Assembly (NCBI RefSeq): GCF_963921235.1
Contig: NC_086109.1
Span: 1,426,001 to 1,490,000, forward strand
Direction of reading: 5' to 3'
DNA length: 64,000 bases
Source of the DNA: Mobula hypostoma
Taxonomy: Eukaryota
Part shown: positions 38,381-50,119 of the stretch, in pieces
How positions within the stretch are numbered: the first letter of the stretch is position 1
Layout of the letters: every line of letters begins with the position of its first letter
The notes under the pieces: generated by a model
The model's input: the letters and a program-made list of their open reading frames with translations, nothing else
Told to the model about the DNA's origin: nothing
Databases searched by the model: none
Made by a program: the position numbers and the translations under genes

Positions 38381-39558
38381 TGGGCCTGAACACCTCCCTC
38401 TGCACCTGGATCCTAGACTTCCTGACTGGGAGACCTCGGTCAGTCCGGATTGGAAGCAGCATCTCCAACACCATCACACTGAGCATGGGGGCACCCCAGG
38501 ACTGTGTGCTCAGTCCACTGCTGTTCACTCTGCTGACCCACGACTGTGCTGCAACACACAGTTCGAACCAAATCATCAAGTTCGCCGATGACACGACCGT
38601 GGTAGGTCTCATCAGCAAGAGCGATGAGTCAGCATACAGAGAGGAGGTGCAGCAGCTAACGGACTGGTGCAGAGCCAACAACCTGCTCCTGTACTCGAAT
38701 CCTCTTGCTATGAATGCCAGCATACCATTCGCCATTTTCACCGCCTGCTGTACCTGCATGCCCACAGGGAGGTACTACTGCAGTTGTATAAGGCCTTGGT
38801 GAGACCACACCTGGAGTATTGTGTGCAGTTTTGGTCCCCTAATCTGAGAAAAGACACCCTTGCCATAGAGGAGTACAAAGAAGGTTCACCAGATTGATTC
38901 CTGGGATGGCAGGACTTTCATATGATGAAAGACTGGATCGACTAGGCTTATACTAGTTGGAATTTAGAAGATTGAGGGGGGATCTTATTGAAACGTATAA
39001 AATCCTAAAGGGATTGGACAGGCTAGATGCAGGAAGATTGTTCCCGATGTTGGGGAAGTCCAGAACAAGGGGTCACAGTTTGAGGATAAAGGGGAAACCT
39101 TTTAGGACCAAAATGAGGAAAAACTCCTTCACACAGAGAGTGGGTTTACGAGTGCAGCTTGTGGTGTAAATGTCTGTAATGGCGGAAAGAGAGACCCCGA
39201 TGATCTTCTCAGCTGACCTCACTATCCGCTGCAGGGTCCTGCGATCCGAGACGGTGCAATTTCCGAACCAGGCAGTGATGCAGCTGCTCAGGATGCTCTC
39301 AATACAACCTCTGTAGAATGTGGTGAGGATGGGGGGTGGGAGATGGACTTTTCTCAGCCTTCGCAGGAAGTAGAGACACTGCTGGGCTTTCTTTGCTATG
39401 GAGCTGGTGTTCAGGGACCAGGTGAGATTCTCCGCCAGGTGAACACCAAGAAATTCGGTGCTCTTAACGATCTCTACCGAGGAGTCATCGATGTTCAGAA
39501 GAGAGTGGTAGCTCCGTGTCCTCCTGAAGTCAACAACCATTTCTTTTGTTTTGTTCAC
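38381..39558. mobile_element. Scrambled mosaic: Rex(+) 38381-38685, CR1(-) 38682-38765, CR1(+) 38766-39142, Rex(-) 39143-39558
   Basis: Translations switch family and strand at microhomology junctions; see findings. Confidence 0.85.
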
Positions 39559-42500
39559 TTTCAATGACTGGTGTATAATGACACCTAGGTCTCGTTGCAC
39601 CTCCCATTTTCCTAATCGGCCACCATTCAGATAATAATCTGTTTTCCTGTTTTTGCCACCAAGGTGGATAACCTCACATTTATCCACATTAAATTGCATC
39701 TGCCATGAATCTGCCCACTTACCCAACCTATCCAAGTCACCCTGCATCCTCTTAGCATCCTCCTCACAGCTAACACTGCCGCCCAGCTTCGTGTCATCCG
39801 CAAACTTGGAGATGCTGCATTTAATTCCCTCATCTAAATCATTAATATATATTGTAAACAACTGGGGTCCCAGCACTGAGCCTTGCGGTACCCCACTAGT
39901 CACTGCCTGCCATTCTGAAAAGGTCCCGTTTATTCCACTCTTTGCTTCCTGTCTGCCAAACAATTCTCTATCCACATCAATGCCTTACCCCCAATACTGT
40001 GTGCTTTAAGTTTGCACACTAATCTCCTGTGTGGGACCTTGTCAAAAGCCTTTTGAAAATCCAAATATACCACATCCACTGGTTCTCTCCTATCCACTCC
40101 ACCAGTTACATTCTCAAAAAATTCTGTGAGTGTCATGGTCCAGATCGGGGTCCCTTTAAATTTAGCTTGTTTATGTTACGATCCGGACCGTTGATTCCCT
40201 GTTTTCCCGTGTCCCTCGACTTTGGTGATTAGAGGCAATTAACACTCGGCTGAACCGGTAGTTTATAGTCTCCGGCTTTCGACCGTTCAGTGCGGAGCGT
40301 CTGCAAAGTCACGAAGGTATGGAGTGTTATCGTCATCTGGCTAGAACAAGCCTAGTTTCTGCCGAAGAGAGTGCCGGTAATTCGCCGCTCCTCACCAGAG
40401 CAACCCTGTCCAGTTACCTCGCCAAAGCGAGCCTGCAAGGTTTCCTCACCAAGGTAGGTCCGTCAGTTAACCTGTCGGAGAGAATCAAGAACCGCTGTCT
40501 ACTGTTCTCAGGCCGAGTCGAGAACTCACCACTACCCAGAGGCTCCAGGCCAAGTCCTGGCCCTGGCGGCGTTCTGGCACCAAGCCAAGTCCTGGCCCTG
40601 GTGATCTGTGATTCCTGTCCTACCCCCTTGTCTGAATCCCTTCTCTGCCCCTCTCGCCTCTAGCCCTCGTCTGCAGCTCCCGCCTGCACTTCCATCTAGT
40701 TCTATTGCCGGAGCTAGATAGGTACTGTCTGGTGTTCATTCGTGTTGGTCTTGTCCTCGCCTCCGTAGGGTAAGTCAGGCTGTCTTGCCGTTGCCCTGTG
40801 GAGGGTCCTGAGTCCTGGCCCTATGTTCTGTGCCCAAGAAGGGGTCCCTGCTCTGTTCTGTGTGAGAATGCTGGCCCTATGTTCTGTACCCAAAGAGGGG
40901 TTCTGACTTGTCCTATGTGTCCATGGTTCCATGTACCTGCTCCCTGAGACTGAGGCTCTGTTTCCATGTTCCTTGCCTCCCTAGCCCATGTCATGTCCAT
41001 GCCTGGTTCTGGTGTCCTTGCCCAGTCTCGGGCTTGGAGTCCATACCCTAGCCTCTTCATGTCTCCTCTAGTTCTGGGAGCTGATTCTGAGTCCAAGCCC
41101 AGACCCTTGGTCCCAACTTAGTTGTAGTCTTCAGTCCTTGTCAAGTTCACTGCTCCTGCTCCTGCCTAGCTCTCCTGGTATCAAACAATAAACTAAATCT
41201 AAGTAACCTCAAGATGTGTCTTGCATTTGGGTCCACCCTTGCTCCCAATGCCCTGCCATTGTGACAATAAGATTTGTCTGACTGTCTGATTTCACTGCTT
41301 TCCAAATGTGCTGTTATCACATCTTTGATAACTGACTCTAGCATTTTCCCCACCACCAATGTTAGGCTAACTGGTCTATAATTCCCTAGTTTCTCTCCCT
41401 TAAAAAAGCAGGGTTATATTAGCCACCCTCCAATCCTCAGGAACTAATCCAGAATCTAAAGAGTTTTGAAAAATTATCACTAATGCATCCATTATTTCTT
41501 GGGCTACTTCCTTAAGCACTCTGGGATGCAGACCAGCTGGCCCTGGGAATTTGTCTGCATTTAATCCCTTCAATTTACCTGACACTATTTCCCTACTAAC
41601 ATGTATTTCCCTCAGTTCCTCCATCTCACTGGACCCTCTGTTCCCTACTATTTCTGGAAGATTATTTATGTCCTCCTTGGTGAAGACAGAACGAAAGTAG
41701 TTATTCAATTGGTCTGCCATGTCCTTGCTCCCCATAATCAATTCACCTGTTTGTCTGTAGGGGACCTACATTTGTCTTAACCAATCTTTATCTTTTCACA
41801 TATCTATAAAAGCTTTCAGTCAGTTTTTGTTCCATGCCAGTGTTCTCTCATAATCTTTTTTCCCCTTCCTAATTAAGCCCTTTGTCCTCCTCTGCTGAAC
41901 TCTAAATTTCTCCCAGTCCTCAGGTGAGCCACTTTTTCTGGCTAATTTGTATGCTGCTTTGGAATTGATACTATCCCTAATTTCCCTTGTCAGCCGCGGG
42001 TGCACTACCTTCCCTGATTTATTCTTTTGCCAAACTGGGATGAACAATTGTTGTAGTTCATCCATGCAATCTTTAAATGCTTGCCATTGCGTATCCACCG
42101 TCAACCCTTTAAGTGTCAATTGCCAGTCTATCTTAGCTAATTCACGTCTCATACCTTCAAAGTTACCCCTCTAAGTTCAGAACCTTTGTTTCTGAATTAA
42201 CTACGTCACTCTCCATCTTAATGAAGAATTCCACCATATTATGGTCACTCTTGCCCAAGGGGCCTCTCACAACAAGATTGCTAATTAACCCTTCCTCATT
42301 GCTCAATACCCAGTCTAGAATACCCTGCTGTCTAGTTGGTTCCTCGACATGTTGGTTCAAAAAAACATCCCGCATACATTCCAAGAAATCCTCTTCCTCA
42401 GCACCCTTACCAATTTGGTTCACCCAATCTATATGTAGATTGAAGTCACCCATTATAACTGCTGTTCCTTTATTGCACGCATTTCTAATTTCCTGTTTAT

Positions 42501-43690
42501 TACCATCCCCAACCTCACTACTACTGTTTGGCCTGTACACAACTCCCACCAGTGTTTTCTGCCCCTTAGTGTTATGCAGCTCTACCCATATCGATTCCAC
42601 ATCCTCCCGGCTAATGTCCTTCCTTTCTATTGCGTTAATCTCCTCTCTAACCAGCAATGCTACCCCACCTCCTTTTCTTTCATGTCTATCCCTCCTGAAT
42701 ATTGAATATCCCTGAATGTTGAGCTCCTATCCTTGGTCACCCTGGAGCCATGTCTCTGTGATCCCAACTATATCATAATCATTAATACCAATCTGCACTT
42801 AATTCATCCACCTTGTTACGAATGCTCCTTGCATTGACACACAAAGCCTTCAGGCTTGCTTTTACAACACTCTTAGCCCTTGTACAATTATGTTGAAAAG
42901 TGGCCCTTTTTGATTTTTGCCCTGGATTTGCCGGCCTGCCACTTTTACTTTTCACCTTACTACTTTGCTTCTACCCTCATTTTACACCCCTGTCTCTGCA
43001 CTTGTTCCCATACCCCTGTTGTGAACTAACCTCCTCTCTCCTAGTCTCTTTAATTTGATTCCCACCCCCCAACCATTCTAGTTTAAAGTCACCTCAGTAG
43101 CCCTCACAAATCTCCCCGCCAGGATATTAGTCCCCCTAGGATACAAGTGTAACCCCCCGTCCTTTTTGAACAGGTCACACCTGCACCAAAAGAGGTCCCA
43201 ATAACCCAAAAACTTGAATCCCTGCTCCCTGCTCTAATCCCTCAGTCACGCATTTATCCTCCAGCTCATTGCGTTCCTACTCTCACTGTCGTGTGGCACA
43301 GGCAGTGATCCGGAGATTACTACCTTTGCGGTCCTTTTTCTCAACTCCCTTCCTAACTCCCTATAATCTCCTTTCAGGACCTCTTCCCTTTTCCTACTTA
43401 TGTCATTGGTACCTATATGTACCACGACCTCTGGCTCCTCTCCCTCCCACTTCAGGATATCTTGGATGCAATCAGAATTATCCCGGACCCTGGCACCAAG
43501 GAGACAAACTAACATCTGGGTCTCTGGACTGCGTCCACAGAATCGCCGATCTGACACCCTTACTATCGAGTCCCCTATTACTACTGCCCTCCTCTTCCTT
43601 TCCCTACCCTTCTGAGATACAGGGCCGGACTCTGTGCTGGAGGCACGGCCACTGTCGCTTCCCCCAGGTAAGCTGTTCTCCCCCCAACAG
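39556..43690 (-). mobile_element. Degenerate long CR1 (family of 6473-10706), interrupted by a solo LTR
   Basis: ORF1 esterase 43246-43557; slip site 43081-43087; APE 42163-42657; RT pieces 41400-41741 and 39556-40136. Confidence 0.93.
40131..41266 (+). mobile_element. Solo LTR (1136 bp)
   Basis: TGTCA...GTGACA termini; AATAAA near 41188; removing it plus one 5-bp flank (gtgag/ataag, a degenerate TSD) restores the CR1 sequence. Confidence 0.82.
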
Positions 43691-44539
43691 TACTCAAACA
43701 GGGTATATGGGGAAACTTGCTGTTATTATTCTGGTGGTGTGGGGGGGGGGGTCACTGAGTACAAGGGCAGGACAGTTGTGTTCCAACTTCATAGCCCTTG
43801 GTCAGGAAGGATGTGATATCAGCAGAGACGGTGCAGAGGGAGTCACCATGATGTCTCAGTTATGAGGAGAGACAAGAGATGGAGAGGCAGGTCTGGAGGA
43901 TGTTGGGAGGAGACGATAATGAGGAAGGACATCATTGTGGGACAGCAGCAGAAATCACTGACGGCATTTAATAAGGGTCCAGATAAACATTTGATGCTCA
44001 ACCACCACCCTCCCCCCCCCCCCCCCAAAAAAAAAGAGGCAATGGGACATGAGCCATGGGCAATGGGAGATGGTTAACTATGGATGGGTGTCCTCTGATC
44101 AGTGTAGAGCTGGTGGGGCCAAATGTTCTGCTGTGTTGTATGACTCTGGGATTCCTTCAGGACAGGACCTGAGTGGCAGGGTCTCCCTCAAACATTCCCA
44201 ATGAAAGTCAATTTCTTCCTGATCCATTCTACGTTGCTCTGTCCCTGCCCAATCTGTGATCAGAGTGAAGCTCTGCCACTGAGGTCGGTATTGGCCACAG
44301 GGCAGAGACTGAGGCTTTCTGCCAGGGTGACCCCTGAAATCCTGGGCTGGTTGTTTAGGGCCAGGCTGCAAAACATCAGCCTTGGTGCTGCAGGCCTGGA
44401 ATTTTGAGCTGGGCCAGACAGTTCAGAGATAAACTGCATAGCCTGGGCCTGGAAGTTAGATCTGGGATGAACAACTGGGTCTGTTGATTAGACTGAGGCC
44501 ACAGAACATATACCTTTATTTGAATCTGATTTAACCCAA

Positions 44540-44645
44540 AGCGGTCCTGTAGATGAAGGGTCTCGGCCTGAAATGTCGACTGTTTATTCTTTTCGGTAGA
44601 TGCCCCCTGGCCTGATGAGTTGCTTCAACATTTTGTGTATGTAAC
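44540..44645 (+). mobile_element. Degenerate Penelope terminal-repeat fragment
   Basis: gatgaagggtctcggcctgaaatgtcgactg. Confidence 0.7.
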
Positions 44646-44700
44646 TCCCAGCCTGACTGAAGCCATGAAAATATTGACACCAGACCTCACTTCAGCCAAA

Positions 44701-44706
44701 TTTATT
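44701..44706 (-). terminator. Candidate polyadenylation signal of the FCER1G-like gene
   Basis: tttatt (AATAAA on minus) about 430 nt after the stop codon. Confidence 0.4.
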
Positions 44707-45137
44707 GCACATAATGAACCCACTGAGAATAAAGCAACGAACAAGTGAAGCGTCGGGTTGCTGGCCAAGCTGTTCGGCCATAAATGGCTCACCTGCAGCT
44801 TCGACGATTCAAAGAGTTCCTCACCCACCCATGCAGATCTTAAACACCCCACCCAGACACCCCAGTCCTGTGTTCCCCTTCACCTCAACCTGACCCCCTC
44901 CACATATGGAGGGACTGCATTAGCTCCTGCTCTCTCTGCCCCAGTCTCGATGGGCCAAATGACCTCATGGACATGAGGAGGGCAAAGGATTACCATAGTG
45001 ACATACTGTGGACATTCACAGCCTTGACAGTGACAAAGACTGGGTGACTGTTGCCCCACCTTCACCCTCCCACAGCCAAACCTCCCCACCCCCCCACCCC
45101 CACCCCTGCCCCCGAACCCAGGAGATCAGCATCATCA

Positions 45138-45203
45138 CTACATCTTCCTGGGAGCTTTCATCTGCAGAGATTCGTAGGTATCAATGCGGTGTTCGCCCAG
45201 GCC
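45138..45203 (-). CDS. FCER1G: FcR-gamma-like chain, last coding exon (GLGEHRIDTYESLQMKAPRKM*)
   Basis: Acceptor ctgtctgctcgcag; phase 0; second half of the distal ITAM; TAG at 45138-45140. Confidence 0.9.
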   Translation of the reverse strand, partial: GLGEHRIDTYESLQMKAPRKM

Positions 45204-45723
45204 CTGCGAGCAGACAGAGAGAGGGAGGTTACGCATAAACTGAGAGGAAAGGAGATTCTGAATGAGGAGGGGAGCAAGGGAGAGAGATGGTGAAGAGGAA
45301 GAGAGGGAGAGACATAGCGAGGAGTGTGAGAAAAATAGATGAGGTAGATACACTGGGATGGAGAGGGGGGAAAAAGCGAAAGGGTAACAATGAGAGATGA
45401 AAATAAAGAAATAACGTGAGCGGAAGAGGGAGGAGTGAGGGTTCATGGGGACAGGGAGAGGATGGGAGAACCAGGGAGAAATAGAGAGGGAAGAGGTAGA
45501 TGGGGAGAGAGATTGGGAAGGGCAACTCTGAGAAAAAGCGTGAATTAGAGATAAATTTAGACACCGGCAGAGACGGACTAAACGGAGAGAAAGAGAGTGG
45601 GAAACGCAGAACGAGACTTCCAAAATTAAAAATAAAGTGAGAGAAAAAGGAAAATAGTAACAAAGACTAGAAAGAAACAAAAAGTGAGGGAAAGATGGAG
45701 AGTGGAGAAACAGGTGCACATAC

Positions 45724-45744
45724 CGTGTAAACACCCTCTTCTTT
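45724..45744 (-). CDS. FCER1G: FcR-gamma-like chain, 21-nt exon (KEEGVYT)
   Basis: tcttttctctgcag|AAAGAAGAGGGTGTTTACACG|gtatgt; same size and motif as human exon 4 (KSDGVYT). Confidence 0.9.
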
Positions 45745-45799
45745 CTGCAGAGAAAAGAGATGGAGGGTAAACGTTAGAAATATTATTGTAACAACAAAC

Positions 45800-45880
45800 C
45801 ATGCCCCATCACACACTCCCAGGACACGGGTCAGACACGGTGAAACTCCCTCTACACTGTCCCATCACATACTCCCAGAG
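45800..45880. repeat. 58-bp minisatellite, about 1.3 copies (left remnant)
   Basis: cccatcacacactcccaggacacgggtcagacac..gtgaaactccctctacactgt; same unit as 51326-51535. Confidence 0.85.
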
Positions 45881-46477
45881 CGCGGGTTAGATCAGACCTC
45901 TGATCTATTCTATCAGATAGATATAAACTATCCGTACGGGATAGATTCCAGAGGGTACCTCAACTTGGATGGAAAAAAATACATTTTATTTTCACTAACC
46001 TCTAACTGAAATTTAGCATTTCCTATAATTACGAATGTAGGCAACAAACCACTACCGGTGACCAATAGAAATAACAGATATTTTTATATAACATTACCGT
46101 TGTTATAGATTTAGGGAAATATTGTTTACTACACTCTCATTGCTACTTCGGCATTACGTTAGTTCTTAGACCGCTGCTAGATGGAACATGATCGCAGTCT
46201 TCCTGACCGCAGACGTCCGTGCGAAGTAGCTGACCAACTATCGGCTGGTAGTCCTGTCGCCACCAGACGGTGAATCACGTGTTCTCACATTTGTGTCCCC
46301 GATACCGACGTTGCTGTCTATTATTCCTCATCTAAAATTGTTTGTTGATCATAGTGTGGAAGGAAGTGTCATTTTTTTTATTGTTTATTACTTTTGCAAA
46401 ACTGTACAGTACAAATGACACACGTAAAAGTTGCTGGTGAACGCAGCAGGCCAGGCAGCATCTCTAGGAAGAGGCGC

Positions 46478-46513
46478 AGTCGACGTTTCGGAACGTGACC
46501 CTTCGTCAGGACT
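46478..46513 (-). ncRNA. Minimal hammerhead ribozyme motif (PLE type), weaker helix II
   Basis: AGUC CUGACGA A GGGUCACGUUCC GAAAC GUC GACU on the minus strand. Confidence 0.65.
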
Positions 46514-47195
46514 AACTGAAGGAAGAGTGAGTAAGAGATTTGAAAGTTGGAGGGGGAGGGGAGATCCAAAATGATAGAAGACAGGAGGGGGAGGGATGGA
46601 GCCAAGAGCTGGACAGGTGATTGGCAAAAGGGATACGAGAGGATCATGGGACAGGAGGCCCAGGGAGAAAGACAGGGGTGGGTGGGGGTGGAACCTACGG
46701 TCTCTCCGCCAGAGAAAGCAGGATCTCCCAGTGGCCACACATTTTAATTCCACATCCCATTCCCATTCCGGTATGTCTATCCACGGCCTCCTCTACTGTC
46801 AAGATGAAGCCACACTCAGGTTGGAGGAACAACACCTTGTATTCCGTCTGGGTAGCTTCCAACCTGATGGCATGAACATTGACTTCTCTAACTTCCGCTA
46901 ATGCCCAACCTCCCCTTCGTAACCCATCCGTTATTTATGTATATACACACATTCTTTCTCTCTCTCCTTTTTCTCCCTCTGTCCCTCTGAATATACCCCT
47001 CGCCCATCCTCTGGTTCCCCCGCCCCCCGCCCTTTTCCTTCTCCCTGGGCCTCCTGTCCCATGATCCACTCGTATCCCTTTTGCCAATCACCTGTCCAGC
47101 TCTTGGCTCCATCCCTCCCCCTCCTGTCTTCTATCATTTTGGATCTCCCCCTCCCCCTCCAACTTTCAAATCTCTTACTAGCTCTTCCTTCAGTT

Positions 47196-47231
47196 AGTCC
47201 TGACGAAGGGTCTCGGCCCGAAACGTCGACT
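47196..47231 (+). ncRNA. Minimal hammerhead ribozyme motif (PLE type)
   Basis: AGUC-CUGACGA-A-GGGU(CUCG)GCCC-GAAAC-GUC-GACU: helix I AGUC/GACU, palindromic ACGU helix III, GUC cleavage triplet. Confidence 0.8.
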
Positions 47232-48494
47232 GTACCTCTTCCTAGAGATGCTGCCTGGCCTGCTGCGTTCACCAGCAACTTTGATGTGTGTTGCTTGAAA
47301 TTCCAGCATCTGCAGAATTCCTCGTGTTTACAGGACAAATGAGATTTTTTAACTCTCCGAAAGTTCGCACGGCCTTTTGTCATACGAACTGGCGCGTGGG
47401 CTACGAGTGCCGCCCAGGCAAGTTCAAACACGACCGATGGTTGAGATAACTGCTGAAGTGTGTTATTTAAAGTAACGTCTTATTATTGCTAAAAGATTGC
47501 AAAGTGATGCAGGTCATGCACAGTGCTGTAAATTCTGTCGGCGGCAGAGGATCTTTTGTTTTCTCGTCGTACTTTTTTTTTACTGTCTGTGTTTTGAAGT
47601 AAAGACGTCCACGCGCCGTGTGTTATGCAAGTGGTGTTGGTGTATTATTATGCTATGAAAGTACTGCACTTCCTAAAATAACCGCGAGAATGCTGCGAAC
47701 GACATAAGAAATGAGAACCATGCGCAATAATAGCCTAATTCCAGGAAGAACACGACGCCTGAACTACTACCGTAGTCCTGTGTTATTCTGAGAATCTAAC
47801 ATCCATAAAAAGTATTCAAACTTTGGATAAATTCTGAAACTTAACTTTTTCAACATTTGACATACGAATTTCCTATTTTAACTTTATTGATTTCATACTT
47901 TTGCAAACCCAATTTAACGTGAAATATCGAAAAAAGGGAAATGTGAGGAAAAACTATGTACAGGTATTATATGGTTTCATTGATTTAATGGACGTGACGG
48001 GACACAAAAGCCACGGTGTGCTGAAAATGCCTCTAAAGATGTGGGTAATTTCCAACGAAGGAAACTCGATTCGAAAAAGTTGGGACACTTCCAAACCTGG
48101 ATTTACTATTTCACCAAAACTTTTTTCTAGAACTATCCTACAACGTTGCTACCGGCTTGCCAAACGAAAGAAGCCCCAACACTATTGCATAGAGTAAAGC
48201 CATATGCACCGGAAATGGTGGCGCTCGTCTGTGGACTGGAACAGCGGACAGAATGTGTGGAGAAACTAGACGTGGCTCCCTTATCGAATAATGTAATACC
48301 TTCCAGAATAGTTCATATTTATTTCAACGTTTTCAAGCAGGACTTTGAGGAAGTTCCATTCAGTATGAAACTAGATGAAACTACAGACATGTCTCAATGC
48401 AGTCAGCGCCTGGTTTCTGTTCTTTAAGCGCATGCTGAATCCATCAAAGAAGAATTTGGAAACGGTAAAAAGTATTTGCCAAACAAATACTTTA

Positions 48495-48752
48495 GGACCG
48501 AGATTAGGAAAAACTTCTTCACACAGAGTGGTGAATCTGTGGAATTCTCTGCCACAGCAAACTGTTGAGGCCAGTTCATTAGCTATGTTTAAAAGGAAGT
48601 TAGATATGGCCCTTGTGGCTACAGGGGTCAGGGGGTATGGAGGGAAGGCTGGGTTCTGAGTTGGATGATCAGCCATGATCATAATAAATGGCGGTGCAGG
48701 CTCGAAGGGCCGAATGGCCTACTCCTGCACCTATTTTCTATGTTTCTATGTT
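48495..48752 (+). mobile_element. Short CR1 3' end nested in the hAT
   Basis: Near-identical to 10435-10706, with tttctatg tail. Confidence 0.9.
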
Positions 48753-48860
48753 AAAACTTTGACTGGAAAGAAAAACGTCATACTCTTTGCAAAGATGGAG
48801 CTCCTGCGATGCTTGATAATACCAGTGGTTTTGCTACTTAAGCTCCTCACAGGCATGCAC

Positions 48861-50119
48861 TATCATGGCCCGGTCCATGAAGTCCGCACTCCGGTTCACG
48901 GTCCCGTCCATCGATCCGTATTCCGGGTTTGCCCTGTTTTCCTTTGTTCCATTGGGTGCCTTAATTGAGGCACCTGATTCTCGTTTTGGGCTGATACATA
49001 AATAACTCTCAAACCAAGGATTCCCGGCGGACTGTTCCCTTCCCCTTCCTTCTGAAGCCTCGCCTGCATCCCTGTCAAGTTCAACCACCGGAGTGAGACT
49101 AGAGCCTTGCCACGCCAAGATAGGGAACTATCTATCGTTGAGTTTGGAACTATCTCTGTGTCGCCGTGTTTAGTGTCCGTGTCAAAAAGAGTCCCAGTCC
49201 TGGGTCCTGTTCCCAAGGACGGGCCCTGACTCTGTGTAAAGCCCCAGCCCTAAATCCTATTCCCGAGGAGGAGTCCCGGCTCTGTGTTCTGTGTTCCAAG
49301 TTTCAAGTTCCAGGCTCCGTGTTCCAGTCCTGTCCAAGTCCAGGCTTCGTGTTCTCGTCCAGTCCAAGAGTGCCTCGTCCAGCCCAATGCTGGAGTTCCC
49401 TCGTCCAGTCCAAGCCACGTCCAAGAACCTCGTCCAGTCCAGGTCACGGCTTTGTGTTCTCGTCCTGTCCATGTTCCACGTCCAGTCCTGTAGCCACGTC
49501 CAAGGCTCTGAGCGTCCAGTTCAAGTCCAAGGCTCTGTGTTCCAAGACCAAATCCAGGCGCTGTGTTCCAGCCTTGTCCAAATCTGAGCTTCGTGTCCTC
49601 ATCTAGTTCCGGTTCCTCGCCCAGCCCGGTGCTGGGGTACCTCGTCCTGTCCTGTAGCCACGTCTTGCCGTCGCCTAGATCCGGGAGTCCAGCCCAAACC
49701 ACGTCCTAGAACCTCGTCCTGTCCAAGTCAAGGCTTTGTTCTCGTCCTGTGCAGGAGTTCCACGTCCAGTACTGTAGCCACGTCCTGTCCTTGCCACGTT
49801 CCTAGTCCCGAGTCCTAGCCTAGACCCGGGTTCCGGTTCCGAGTCAAGACCCAGGTTCCGGGTCGTTGTCCAGGCTCTGGTTCCGGAGTTCCGTGTTCCT
49901 AGTCCAGGCTCCTTGTTCCTAGTTCCACGACCGGGTCCCGTGCTTCTCGTCCAAGTACTAGCCCAGGCCCTGAATCTTAGTCTCGTCCAGGGCCTGTGTC
50001 CATGTCCAGCGTCGTTTCTTCCTGACTCCCCTTGCTTTCTTGATAAACCTTGTCCTGTCCCTAGTACTTCAATGTCTGTGTCTTGCAGTTGGGTCCGCTT
50101 CCAGCGCCCCCGTGCAACG
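48861..50119 (+). mobile_element. Solo LTR (1259 bp) with a 5-bp TSD
   Basis: TGCAC at 48856-48860 and 50120-50124; termini mutated (TA...CG); internal ctcgtcc(t/a)gtcc arrays; related to 18323-19047. Confidence 0.85.

Larger units (their letters stand above)
46428..47330 (+). mobile_element. Penelope-like element: inverted terminal repeat, GIY-YIG C-terminus, direct terminal repeat
   Basis: SIHGLLYCQDEATLRLEEQHLVFRLGSFQPDGMNIDFSNFR*; 46428-46668 is the reverse complement of about 47038-47282. Confidence 0.92.

Noticed and set aside
45138-45734. 198-aa and 144-aa Leu/Ser/Phe-rich minus-strand ORFs as membrane proteins
   Set aside because: Pyrimidine-rich intron read-through; only 45138-45203 and 45724-45744 are bounded by splice sites.
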